The position numbers and the translations under genes were made by a program. From assembly GCA_951406725.2 (NCBI GenBank), contig OX597824.1, forward strand, positions 3,596,001 to 3,660,000: a stretch of 64,000 bases of DNA. Direction: 5' to 3'. Shown here piece after piece: positions 38,846-52,412 of the stretch. The stretch is from Octopus vulgaris. Its lineage: Eukaryota. Each line of letters begins with the position of its first letter. The stretch's first letter is position 1. The notes beneath the pieces were generated by a model. The model did no database searches and was not told the origin of the DNA. It saw only the letters and a program-made list of their open reading frames with translations.

Positions 38846-40929
38846 TAGATAATTTGTTTTCTTTTAATTTTCATGTGATTTCGCTTTTATATTATTTACG
38901 ATGAAAATAGCTTCACCGATTGATCATTATATATTTAAAAAACGAAAAACCATTTGTGCTTGCTTTACATTAATCGCTTTTTTTCTGTTTTTTTTCTATT
39001 TGTCATTTTGTTGTTAAGAGAATAACAACAAAATGACAAATAGAAAATCTAGTTATATAATTGTTTATAATTTAGCTACACGACCGTAATTGTTTATGAC
39101 ATACCTGTGATTAAGCGATAATATTGAACTTATCCACCCCAGGACTTGGCTAATATTTTGTTTTATCGATTCCGGTGGGGTGAAAGGATAAAGTTAATAA
39201 CGGCAAAATTTGAATTCAGAGCGTACAGGTCCTGAACAAATACAAGACACTTTTTTTTTCTGACAAATGAATCTGCCAACACAATGAAAGTATATTCCTT
39301 GTCATTTTGCTGTGTGTGTGCTAGAAATCCAATTTTTACATACGTCTCTTAATTCCAAAAGACCCTGGCCACAACATGTTGGGTTATGTTCGTCATGAAA
39401 TACTAGTAGACAAAACACTTTAATTTCACTTCAGGGCGGAGGGGTGGGGTGTTTATTTAATTAATTTATTTATTTGATAAATTGAAAGTTTACAGAATTT
39501 TTTTCTCGTAATTATAATCTCCGTATTTTTCTTTTACGTATTTCACCAAGAAAACAATTTTTTTAAAGTGAAAATTTAAGAAATTTAGGGGTGGTGGAAA
39601 GGGAGGGGGTTAAATTTTGCAGATTCGGAATCTCCGCACTCGATATAGTGGGTTACTGTAAAAAAAAAAAAAAAAAGACACCCCAAAGGGGGTGCGGTCC
39701 GTTGTCTTTACCTCCGACCTTTATGTTTATAAACACATAAGTATAGACACGTACATATATGGGGGGGGGGACTAATGCAGTTCCCCACCCCCCACCAATG
39801 TTTTAGATGACGTAGATTCCGAATATTGCAAGAAATTACGTATTCAAAATTTTAAATTCAATAATCATATAGAAAAGTGTATAAAGAGATAGATCTGAAT
39901 GTCTTCCTGGGGCTAAAAACAACAGTAACAACTGTCTTCTAATATAGGACCGCCACATTTAGTTGACAAATGTATTTTATGAATAAACGGACAGGGATAA
40001 ATAGGTAGGGAGATAAATAAATGGATGAAAAAGTTCAAAATATAAAATTGAGGGAGAGGGTGAGATTTGAGCCCCTTATTTAAACTTTACAACATTAATT
40101 ATTAAACATCAATGTTTGTTTCACATAAAATGGTGTATATTTAATTTGCATTAAATTGTTATTTACGATGATTATTTAAGGCAAACACGAGTAAAACGCA
40201 AATTATTTTCACTTCAATGTTTTCCTCTGTATTTAATTTCGATTTGCTTATTGCTCGTCAATCTGATACCATCCAAGTAAACAAAATCAAAAATTGTCAA
40301 GGAGGCGGGTTGGATGAAGTTTTAAAAAAATCTATTTTGTTTTTGCATATTCGTAATCTCCTGACATCTAAAACATAGGAATCCGAAAAAGGTTTTTTTT
40401 AATGCATTTTTCAAGGAGAGCTTCGAAACTGCCCTAGCCCCCTATATGCATACACATAGATGTATGGACAAGCACTTACACCCAAAATAACTGCTCAGTC
40501 CGTAACATAGCAAATTATACTGAAAGTTATTCTAAGTGCCAATCTTAAATAGAAAAGACCCTGCTAGCGTGCCTCAATAGCCATTACACAGGTTTCCCAG
40601 TGCCCCAATTTTTCAATACAAAGTGATGACCTGCTTTTTTGTTGTTGTTTTTTCTTCTCTTTCTCGGCATTATAACCCTTATCGAAAGAATGCCCCTGTT
40701 ATATAAAGTGGGAAAATTCTATTTAAATCACTAATTTTAGAAGAGATAACAGGCTCCCTGTGATACAGCTGATTGCACGGTCCACTGTGTTCATTGTTTA
40801 TCGTCAGATTGCTTGTTACGATTTTGAGTTAATGGTCATTATCTTTTAGTGTAATAAGATATATAGGCGTTCCTATAGAATAGCGTCGTCAATTACCTAG
40901 TGCGCCAACAATCATAATTTCTTTGGGTG

Positions 40930-41100
40930 TGTATGGCGAGATGGAAGGAACACTTCCAAGAAACACTTAACCGCCCTCCACCCCAAGAGCCGCCAGAATT
41001 GAGGCCAGGGTTCCCGCTCAATATCCACATGGGAGAAATCACCGAGCCAGAAATCCGCAAAGCCGTGAAGAGCTTAAAGAGCAGAAAGGCGGCAGGAGGT
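40930..41100 (+). mobile_element. RTE LINE internal fragment
   Basis: RWKEHFQETLNRPPP...EIRKAVKSLKSRKAAG. Confidence 0.8.
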
Positions 41101-42661
41101 GGGGGTGAATAAAAAATATTATTGTGAAATAAAATGACACTTCCTACGAAAAACTTAAAAGGGGAGATGTTGTAGGGAATTAGTAACAATGGTACACAAC
41201 TCCCATGTGATGAATGGAATGACTTAGTCATTATGAATAAAGAGAGTACGTAGTAGGTGGTCAGAGATAGTCGTGTCTTATTGGTTTTACTAAGTATATT
41301 GTATACGGAAGTGGATATTATAACAATCTAAAATTTTAAGGATATAACAGTTAGGCACAACCAACACTTTCTGTTACAGTGTAAGGTTTAGAGACCATCT
41401 GTCTCTCATTGATCGGATGTTTAGCCTAAATCTTCCGTTTTTGGATTGCAAAGGCATAGCCTTCTCAGTGAGACGTGATGAACTTACCACAGATCCAGGA
41501 GAAGCTATTCTTCCTGTCAATGTTGCTGGCATTTTGCAGTTTACAGGTTATGTACCGCCACCGCACCCCCACATGGTATGCTGAGTATTTGTCTTCTGAG
41601 TCTGTATTTAAAGGGGTCAATCCAGCTACATTTGGTTCTCATGGAGCAGCCGTGAACTTGGGCTTCTTGTTTAGTTCTGTGCTTAATTTTGTGATGTTTT
41701 TGCTTTTACTTATGTAGACATCAACAATAAGTGGAAGTGCAATGGCCCAGTGGTTAGGACAGCAGACTTGTGGCCGGAGGATCGCGGTTTCGATTCCCAA
41801 ACTGGGCGTTGTGTGTGTTGATTGAGCGAAAACACCTAAAGCTCCACAAGGCTCCGGCTTGGGGTGGGGTGGCGACCCCTGTTGTACTCTTTCACCCCAA
41901 CTTTCTCTCGCTCTTTCTTCCTGTTTCTTGTCCCCGACTTCCTACACAACCACTGAAACTGGATGCGCATTCATCCATCTGTCAATGCTCTCGGTGAGTC
42001 GGGGGTTGACCTGCTTTCTCTTCTGCGGGTCTTACGAATAGCAAAGGACCACGTTTCGGACTTCTCCCACTAAAGGGACGAAGACCGCTTCGCTCAACAA
42101 TGACAGCAACATCAACAGTAACAAAATATGGGTAATGGCAAACCGAATAAAGAATAAAGCAAAACACATTCGAAAGAATACTTTTTAATTTCCAGTTTCT
42201 TCTTCTTTCAAATCTTCAGAAATAGTTTCTGCCTTAGAGAGGAGTTTCTTTGTTACAACTCGGTAAGAACCCACTTCGTTGTCTTATGTAGGGGAGAGTT
42301 TCTAGGTTTGTGCTTTTACGAAGTCTGTCAATAAGTATTGCACTAGTTTGTTGTGGAAAGACTAAGGCCACATGTGGAACTGGTGTAGTCCATGTTGGGT
42401 TTGATGTGTTCTTTGTACATTACTGCTGTTGTTTCTTTCTGTTGGTCGAATGTGGTACTTGCGATTGTTCGTTTCATACCGTTTTGCTTTTTTAGGTACC
42501 ATCGTTTTAAAGGTACTGGCATGGTTGAGTGGTTAAGAAGGTTGCTGCCCAATCATGTGGTTTTAGGTTCAATCCCACTACCCTGAGAAAGCATCTTCTA
42601 CTATAATCCCTGGTCAACCAACAAAAGCATTGCTAGTGGATTTAATAGACAGAATCTGAAA

Positions 42662-42704
<43 letters not shown>

Positions 42705-44581
42705 ATGTGTGTGTCTTTGTCTTGACATCATGTGATAATTCTAAACGGAAGTTACCATCATGCGAGAAGTATTATTCATTTCCAGTGTTCCATGGAAACA
42801 TGTCTGGACATAGGGAAATATTACGTTTCTAGAAAACAGAAGAAGGTTGGTGACAGGAGAGGCATCCAACCAGAGAAAATCTGCCCCAACAAATTCCATC
42901 TGACCCAAGCAAGCATGGAAAAATGCACATTAGAATGATGATGATGATGATGGTGACTGTAAAAGTTGGTGTCATCACAAAAATTAATTGAATGCCATTC
43001 ATCATCATCATCGTTTAACTCCGCTTTCCATGCTAGCATGGGTTGGACGGTTCAACCAGGGTCTGGAAAGCCAGAAGGCTGCATCAGGCTCCAGTCTGAT
43101 CTGGCAGAGTTTCTACATCTGGATACCCTTCCTAACGCCAACCACTCTGTGAGTGTAGTGGGTGCTTTTTACGTGCCACCAGCACAGGTGCCAGGAGAGG
43201 CTGGCAATGGCCACAATCGGTTGGTGCTTTTTACATGCCACCGGCACGGAGGCCAGTCAAGGCGGCGCTGGCAACAGCCATGTTCGGATGGTTCTTTTAC
43301 GTGCCACCGGCACTGGTATCTTAATTACAATTTCCATTGATTTTTGATCGATTTCGATTTGTAAGTCTAAATGAGAAAGAAATGACAAGCTGAAGCAGTT
43401 AACGAAGGGGGGAGCGAGTGTAAGGTTGTTGCAAATATGATGAACAAAAATAATAATGGGAAATAAATTACACAGTGCATAGGGTTTGAGAAATTACCAA
43501 ACTGGATCCCCACCCACCCACCCACACACTGGTCCAGATCTTGTAACTGGAATATAGTCCAAGAATTCCACCTTTTAATTGTAGGGATTTGATCATTCCA
43601 TGAAAAGAGCATGCTAGGAACAATAGATCTGCTGAAAAGACTGTTAACAACTCTCAATTTTTGGCTGCAGGACAACTCAACACTGCCAACGTAACACCAA
43701 GACCAACTCAATACCAGGAAATTTGACAAATAAATAATTTATTCATTTTATAACTTTATTCATGTTGCCAGTGCCACCTCGACTGGCTTCCGTACAGGTG
43801 GCATGTAAAAAGCACCCACTACACTCACGGAGTGGTTGGCATTAGGGAAGGGCATCCAGCTGTAGAAATACTGCCAGATCAGACTGAAGCCTGATGCAGC
43901 CCCTGGCTCCCCAGATCCCCGGTCGAACCGTCCAACCCATGCTAGCATGGAAAGCAGACGTTAAACGATGATGATGATGATGTTATAACATTATCAGGTA
44001 TTTCTAAAAGATTAATTTAATACATGACATAAATTTTGAAATTCAAATAAAAGTAATTGACAAACTATACATTTTTAATACAAGGCTAAAATTAAATGAG
44101 AAATTTACTGAAAGTTGTAAACAATTCCCTTCAACTAAACTTAAATACAAATAAATGTCCTCTGTGTGCAATTTTTTCTTTTCCTCTTTGGCTAAGAATT
44201 TCCATTTTGGATGAAAAATTTCTGATAATGTTGAGTTGTTCAGGTGTTGTCTCTATTTGCATTTTTCTAATTCTGCAAAATTTGCAGAACACCCAACACA
44301 AAAGAAAAAGAAACTTGCCTGTTTGATGAAACTTCACAAGATAAACCCTGGGTGTCTCAATTTAGTTCTACAGGGTCATAAGCATAGGTGTGGATGTGTG
44401 GTTAATCAGTTTGCTTACCAACCACATGGTTTCAGGTTCAGTCCCACTATGTAGCACCTTGGACAAGTATCTTCTACCACAGCCACAGACTGGCTAAAAT
44501 TCTGCAAATGGATTTGGGAGACAAGCTAGAAGAAGCTAGTCTCTTTATGCAAATGTGTGCATGTATATATACATACATATG

Positions 44582-44652
<71 letters not shown>

Positions 44653-45099
44653 GTATATTTATATACACACATGTACATATGCACATATATATCATCATCA
44701 TAGTTTAACATCCATTTTCCATGCTGACATGGGTTGGACGGTTTGACTGAGGTAGCTGCAGCAGGCTCCAATCTGATCTGGCAATGTTTCTACAGCTGGA
44801 TTCCCTTCCTAACACCAACCACTCCAAGAGTATAGTGGGTGCTTTTTATGTGTCACCGGCACAGGAGTCAGTCAGGTGGGCATCGGTCATGTTTGCATAG
44901 TGCTTTTTACATGCCACCGGCACAGGGGCCAGTCCAGGGGCACTAGCATCAGCCACGTTCGAATGGTGCTGTTTACATGCCACCGGCACAAGAGCCAATC
45001 AAGGGGTACTGGCATCAGTCATGTTTGGTTGGTGCTTTTTATGTGCCACCAGTCAGGGAGCCTATCAGGGGGCACTGGCCACAGCTATGATATTGGTTT

Positions 45100-45930
45100 C
45101 ACTTAACTCAACAAGTCTTCTCAAGCATATCATATTACCCGATGCATCAGGGGTATTCTTAACAGGGCTGGATGTGTGTGGCTGCGATCTCACTTTAGTT
45201 GCCGGGTCTTCTCAATCTCAGCAAATCTTCAAAGGTTCCGGTCTCCTGTCATTGCCTCTGTGAGTCCCAATGTTCGAAGGTCATGCTTCACCACCTCATC
45301 CTATGTCTTCCTGGGTCTACCTCTTCTACAGGTTCCATCTACAGTTAGGGAGTGGCACTTCCTCACACAGCTGTCTTCATTCATACATAACACATGACCA
45401 TACCAACCCAGTTGCCTCTCTTATACACCACATCTGATGCTTCTTATGCCCAACTTTTCTCTCAGGGCACTTACACTCTGTCATGTATGCACACTGACAC
45501 TACACATCCATCGGATCATACTAACTTCATTTCTTTCAAGCCTACATGTCCTCAGCATTCATGATCCATGTTTCGCTGCCATGTAGCCTGGCAGAGCAAC
45601 CCCCTCCCCCAGTACAGACTTAGTCACCTACTACTTCTAGCTTTTTCACCTGGCATGTGTGGAATCTGTTTTCTGAATATCTTCAGTGTTTATTGCCCCA
45701 CTGCATCTGCCACACACAAAGACTACTTTCCCAGTTAACCTTCCTTTGATATTGCTGCACCTTTTATGTGTCCATATCTTACACCAGGTACATTGTATGG
45801 AGTACCTATGCCTTTTCTACAGATCGAGCAGGGTTATCTACCTGAAGGGGATTGTGATCTGACAGCCTTCCTACTAACTAAGACTTTGGTTTTTGCTAGG
45901 TTAACCCTAAGGCCCTTCGATTCTAGACCT
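45100..45930 (-). mobile_element. RTE LINE 3' fragments
   Basis: Minus-strand RGRPRKT.DEVVKHDL and LESKGLRVNLAKTKVL motifs. Confidence 0.75.
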
Positions 45931-46593
45931 TATATATATGCAGTGCTAGTATATACACTCACACTTACACATATATGTGTGCACAGTGGAAAGCAAAAAC
46001 CAGCAAATAGCTGGTATCAGTTTAGAGCATTGAATTTATATGTTTAAACATAATTGCTGAGTTGTTAAAATAGATTTCACTGTTAACTCTATTGTAAGAA
46101 CTCGTTAATTATTCTTTCCATATATTGTACAAATACTTGCTCAGTGATGAACCCCTTTCAGCCGTCCATTGCTATGTAGCTACAACATCACTTTGTGTTT
46201 TAGTCTTAGTTCATGTCGTAGTTTTAGGTGGTAAGTCCACCTGGGCATTTACTGTGTGTGTATACTACATTATGTCAGTAGATGCCATCTTACCTGAACT
46301 CTATGTGTTTATGTATCACTGGAGACTATTGGAAATCAATGCCTGTCTGTATACAGCTGGTGTCACCGTGAAAAGACTTTGAGGAGATATCTGCAGTGAC
46401 CTTGGAAACAAAATTAGTTGAACTTGCTCAAACGGAGAACATGTCTAGAAGAGAATGCCAACTGCTTATCCACAGAATGTCTGTATATCTGGTGCATTTA
46501 AATGGTTTCCTAAATAAACATAATCTCTATATATTTCGTTTTTGGATTTGGTTTGTAAGATTCTTTATGTGAGTTCATCTGTTGATGCATATT

Positions 46594-46832
46594 CTGTTGT
46601 GTCTGGGGAGGGTCATTCTCTTTTAGTGCCTCATAATTTAACATACTTCCTGGTAAAATATCCACTTATTTCTTTTTTATTTTGCTAAAATTTCCGTTGC
46701 ATCTTGCAACCTTTTCAAGAGTCAAAAGTATTGAAAAGGTTGAAAATAAAAAAGAAATAAGTGGATATTTTACTGGGGAGTATGTTAAATTATGAGGCAC
46801 TAAAAGAGAATGACTCTCCCCAGACACAACAG
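46594..46832. mobile_element. Fold-back element with central hammerhead-like motif (U3-A8)
   Basis: Arms ctgttgtgtctggggag...tattt / aaata...ccccagacacaacag; minus strand TTGAAAA-G-GTTGCaagatGCAAC-GGAA-ATTT. Confidence 0.75.
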
Positions 46833-46852
46833 TGTGTATATATATATATATA

Positions 46853-47776
46853 CTAGCTGATGTATCCGGTAATTCGCGGGAAAGTGGGGCTTATCCCTTG
46901 GTTCCGTTCTCAGAATTGTTTTGCTAATCCAGTAACAACAGTACAAAGTATGTAGTGCTTAAAATGGTTTTTGTGCATTTACATAGAATACTGAACTGTC
47001 TTACACAGGATCTTGTTTTTAGGAATTCCCAATAAGTTATGAATACCCAAATTGTAAGTCAGTTATGTAATAGCATGAAATTAATTACCCGATAGTAAGA
47101 ATTCAAATAAAGTAGCCCAGAAAAGGGCTTTAATACGTTCCCAGAGTATATAGAAACTTAGGAGAAAATACTAATAAGGTATGTATGCTAAAATCGTGAA
47201 GTGTGTTACGTAATTACAGGCTTAATCAGATATGAGATAATAACAATTGAAAGTAAATAACTCTGAAAAGGGCTTTTGAGCATTCCCATAGGATATTATC
47301 CTCAACGGTGGTAGTGTTGGTATATTCATGAATAAGTCACTAACTGAAATAAGTGACTCTATTGTTTAGGAAAATACTATTTACTTGTTAAAGGGTTGTA
47401 CTGGATAAATTGCGAAAATAAGTCTAACAGTTCAAATACTAAGAAATAAGCATACTCAATTTGATTTATACCAATTGATTTACAAAGATAAATGGGTTGT
47501 TTCCCTTGGCTATATTAAGGATCCCTTCCAGGAGCAAATGGGTTATTTCCCTTTGCTATTTTATAAAATAAATTTGTTATATGTAGTAGATATAAGGATC
47601 CCTTCCAGAGGCCCTATTATTGATTTTTTTCAACAATCTAAGTATGTCACAAGGTTTCCAGACATGAGATCTACTCACGTGTCGAGTTTCATCAAAACCA
47701 ATAAAACAATGTAGGAGGAGTTAGCTAACAAACCTCAAACAAACACACAGACAGAATTTTCCACGTATGTAGTAGA
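46853..47776 (-). mobile_element. Non-autonomous Helitron
   Basis: Minus strand begins A|TCTACTAC and ends with a GC-rich hairpin + CTAG|T; no TSD. Confidence 0.75.
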
Positions 47777-47949
47777 TATATCAACTCTGAAGCAGTTCTC
47801 TCCCCTTCATGGGAATTTTCACCCTCTCTTCTACTTCTTAGTAAACTCTCTTTTTCTCTCTCTTGCTCAAAAAGCAACTGTAGACGGCAGCACCAACAGT
47901 CCCCAGTCAAACTTTTCTAGATGTGTGTTAAACGCTGACCAAATTCTAA

Positions 47950-48455
47950 AGGCTTCACACAAAACGGATGGTAAGGTGCTATGGCAAAATGAAAGCTCCA
48001 ATAAGAACAGATGGTAAACACAGAACAACCGTTGGTTTGCCATGTCCTCAAAACATGTACCAAAAGTGATAAAGATCAAACATCCAGTCAACATCATGGT
48101 GTTTGGAGTGATTATTAGTGATGGTAACGTCATACCTGCTTTCATCTTCCCACACGGCCTCAGACTCAACACAGGCCTACATCAAGTGCCTGAAGGAAGT
48201 CAAGAGGGTGGCTGCTGGAAGACCCTATGTCAGACAACGAGACTCTGCGCCATGCCACACAAGCAGGAGAATCCAGTTGTGGTTGTCAGACAATTTCTGT
48301 GACCATATCTTCCTTAACATCTGGTCACTTAACTCTCCAGACTGCAACCGCCTTGATTATTATGTGTGGTGCATAGTTGAGCAAGAGATCAACAAAACTC
48401 CTTGTAACACCAAAGATGAGCTGAAGGTAAGGATTATGCCAGCATTCACCAACTT
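47950..48455 (+). mobile_element. DD37D (maT) transposase relic
   Basis: KHPVNIMVFGVI.SDG, DSAPCHTS, NSPDCN.LDYYVW. Confidence 0.85.
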
Positions 48456-48569
48456 GTGTGTGTGGGTGTGCAGCTCTATACATTCTGCTGCTTAGTTGGT
48501 GTTCAGAAGGGCATCAAAAGCCATAAAACCCCTGCCAAAACACGTCTGCTGCTGCTGGCTCCTCACAAA

Positions 48570-49380
48570 CTGTCCAATCCATTTGATATTGCTGCACCTT
48601 TTGAGTATCCATAGCTTACACCAGGTACATTGTATGGAGTTTCTACCCATGCCTTTTCTACAGAGCAAGCAGGGCCATCCACCTGAGTGGGGTTGTGATT
48701 TGACAGCCTTCCTACTTACTAAGACCTCATTTTGGCTAGGTTAACCCTAAGGCCCTTCGATTCTAGACCTTGCTTCCACACCCTAAACTTCAGTTCTGAC
48801 AGTGACTTGGCTATTAGAGCAGGGTCATCAACATAGAGGAGCTCCCAGAGGCTGCCTGTCTTGAATTCCTTTGTTATTGCCTGGAGGACTATAATGAACA
48901 AGAGGGGGCTGAGGACCGATCCTTGGTCAACCCCCTACTTCTACTTGGAATACTTCACTATACTTGTTGCCAACCCTCACCTTATTGACAGCGTCCTTGT
49001 ACAGAGCTTCTACAGGTCTTATCAGCCACTCATCTATCCCCAGTTTCCGCATTGACCACCAAATAAGGGATCGGGGGACCCTGTCAAAGGCTTTCTCCAA
49101 GTCAACAAAAGCCAAGTACAAAGGTTTATCTTTGGCTTGAAATTCACTCATTGTTACAGAACTATTGATAGCGAGGAAATCTTTAAACATTAAACATTCA
49201 TGGTGAAAGCTATTTTAGTAAAAAGTCATTCATTAGTGTTCTGCTAAGTTCAAGGCCAAGACCAGGAATTAACTCTCTTTCTCATACGTTATCTAAAAAA
49301 CAAAAAACAAAAAAAAATCAGCAATATAAAAACTGATAAAAACTGATTTTACTCATTGGACTGTGACCAGATTGGCATTG

Positions 49381-49416
<36 letters not shown>

Positions 49417-50040
49417 TACAGGAGAGTTGTGTGATAAGAGGTTTGCCTTCCAACTACATGGTTCTGGACATTATTTACATTTGACCGATATTCATCCTCA
49501 TCTTGTTTGTTGTTAACACCTTTCAGCTGATATACCCTCCAGCCTGTATCAAGTGTCTTGGGGAAATTTCGTACCTGGGTTCTCATTCCTAAGGTATTTT
49601 TCGATGTTATTATTATTATTATTGTTCAGGTCACTGCTTGGAATCGAACTCGGAATCTTGGGGTTAATAGCTCGCACTCTTAAACACTACGCCATATGCC
49701 CGTGGACATATATTCTAAATATAGAACTGTATATGGTTTGATACACCTGTAATTATTTCTACCTTTACCTTTGTAGTAGTTGATTATGGTGCTGCTACAG
49801 CAGTCATTGGGTATAACTCCTTCATGTTCCACCTGGTTAACTATATGGATGACTAGACCATAACCCACACTGCCAGATACTTTAACCTTCCCAGCAATGA
49901 TTCCTGTTGGGCTGAGGGCTTTCCTTGATTTCATATCCTTAATTGCTTTATCTACCAAGGTATTGTTGTTTCAGATAGCAGGTCCCTCAGTTGGGCCAAC
50001 ATTTGGCAGATTCTCCTTCTCCCATTCATTCCCTTCATTT
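48570..50040 (-). mobile_element. Fragmented RTE LINE reverse transcriptase (interrupted by other elements)
   Basis: KPLYLAFVDLEKAFDRVPR, WELLY.DD, AIKDMK..KA..P.GI. Confidence 0.88.
49466..49712 (-). mobile_element. tRNA-headed short element with hammerhead-like 3' module
   Basis: A-box TGGCGTAGTG, B-box GAGTTCGATTCC, then GACAC-TTGATAC-A-GGCTG..CAGCT-GAAA-G-GTGTT. Confidence 0.6.
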
Positions 50041-51465
50041 AGCAGCCTTTCATAGCAGTGTTTCTACCCAAAGTTCCACACGGTGGGACTGAACCTGAAA
50101 CCATGTAGCTAGGAAGCAAGCTCCCTAACCACACAGCCATGCCCACCTGCATCACCTTACTAGCACTTGTGCTGGCGGCACGTGAAAAAGCATTCGAGCG
50201 AGGTTGTTGCCAGTGCCGCTGGACTTGCTCCTGGGCAGGTGGCACATAAAAAGCACCATTTGAGCATGGCCACTGCCAGTACCACCTGACTGGCATTCGT
50301 GTCGGTGGCATGTAAAAGCACCCACTACACTCTCAGAGTGGTTGGCATTAGGAAGGGCATCCAGCTGTAGAAATTCTGCCAGATCAGATTGGAGTCTGGT
50401 GCAGCCATCTGGTTTGCCAGTCCTCAGTCAAATCGTCCAACCCATGCTAGCATGGAAAACAGACGTTAAACGATGATGATGATTATCATCATCTCTCTCC
50501 TCTCACATCTCTCTTGTCCCACCTTTCCTTCATTTCACATCTTCCATTAAAAACCTTGATTATTATAACATTCAAAAACAATAGAAGTTATATGCAACAT
50601 TTTAAAAAAATCACTGTTTTATCTTCTATTTACTTGATAAATTCATCTAATTGGAAAACTTAAAATTTTATTATCAAATTGTTCAACTGAACTAACACAC
50701 ACTACAGGTGTGATAATGATATCAAATCTTGGCACAAGGCCAGCAATTTTTGAGTAGCAATAAGTCAATAACACTGACCACAGTGTTCACCTGGTATTTA
50801 TTTTATTGATACAAAAGATGAAAGCAGAATTTGGGCTCAGAACATGAAAATGAACAAAATGCTGCTAAATATTTTACCCACCATGCTAACGAGTCTGCCA
50901 GCTTGCTGCTTTACACAGGTGTGATAATAAAAGAGATGATCATAACACATACAATAATAATTAAGATGACTATAATATTTCTAAGAGTAAGTGGAAGTGA
51001 ACTACCATTCCTAGAAGTAGCAGTAAATATGCAAAAGATGCAGGCCAATTGCCAAAAAATGCAAATAACAAAAAACAAAAAATGTTGTAGGAAAGTAATG
51101 AGCTGCGTGTTTCTAGCCAGACTCTTTTAATTGATGAGACTACAGCTACCTGTTGTCAGTTTATGTTTCATGGTGTTGGATAAACACAACGAACAAACAA
51201 GACAACAAAAAATTAAAGTCTTATGAAAAATTGTTGGTTGTAGTATTCAGATGTATCTTTCATGGCCAACTAAATGCGGACTGTTTAACAATAAGGTAGG
51301 AAGAATAATTGGTGGCAACAGGCAGGTGAGAATAATGTGTTTGGCAGTTACCTGTCGGAATAATATATGTTACTATTAGTTTGTAGGAATAATGTGTGTT
51401 TAATATTGGGTTAAGAGTGTAAGGTATGTTCATTTTCAATATATCCTCATCATTGTAATTTCTCA

Positions 51466-51598
51466 TCTTCTTCTTCTTCTTCTTCTTCTTCTTTTTCTTC
51501 TTCTTCTTCTTCTTCTTCTTCTTCTTCTTCTTCTTCTTCTTCTTCTTCTTCTTCTTCTTCTTCTTCTTCTTCTTCTTCTTCTTCTTCTTCTTCTTCTT

Positions 51599-51628
<30 letters not shown>
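51466..51628. repeat. Long nearly pure (TTC)n microsatellite, over 50 units, followed by (TTA)n
   Basis: Direct reading. Confidence 0.97.
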
Positions 51629-51629
<1 letters not shown>

Positions 51630-52412
51630 TTATTATTATTATTATTATTGAGTGAGAGAGCAGTGCATGCCATCAAAATGACACTGGGGTAAAATATACA
51701 AAGCCCAGTATACCCATTATGACTACCCGTCTGATAAGGGTGCACTAGGCACATGCATCACAACCATATGTGCGCGACATGGTGATCTCATATCAAGATA
51801 AAAAGCTCCATGAGCTTGTAGGTGGGGCCCAGTTGGAATTTTCTTCTGGTTGAGTAACCCATCCCACTCAAAAGGTCCCTGAATAAGGGTTGTTTAAGGA
51901 TGTTGAACAAAACAACCATGTTTCCAGAGGTGAATTATCCAAACCCCAAAGAATCCCTCTCAACACATGGCTATGATGCTCCCCCACTACTTCTGCTCGT
52001 GATCAGAGATGCACATATCATCAGCCACCAAGGGACATGCTCAACTGGTTAAGGTCAAATAACTGACAAGCAAATCTGTGGTATTGAGCAGAATATTTGC
52101 TGTAGCCCATCTTTTATACCAAGACAAAACAATGTACATGATAACACTTCCAATCAGTTAAGATCAGGGTCCATGGGAGCCGCTGCTTGGCTCTGCCGCT
52201 GCTCATCATCATCATCATCATCACCATCATCATTATTATTATTAAGTTTCTATCGCACCACTGCCATGAACAATATTTTTACCTTGTGCCCATAATAGAA
52301 AGGATTCTTCTTCTTATCATCATCATCATTAAAGTTATTGCATGCTACATTACTTAGCAGGGATGTTGTCTTGAAGTCTGGTGATGAGAAGTTTCATCAA
52401 ATCACAAGAATT

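Noticed and set aside
51260-51754. 164-aa poly-Lys ORF
   Set aside because: Translation of the (TTC)n tract
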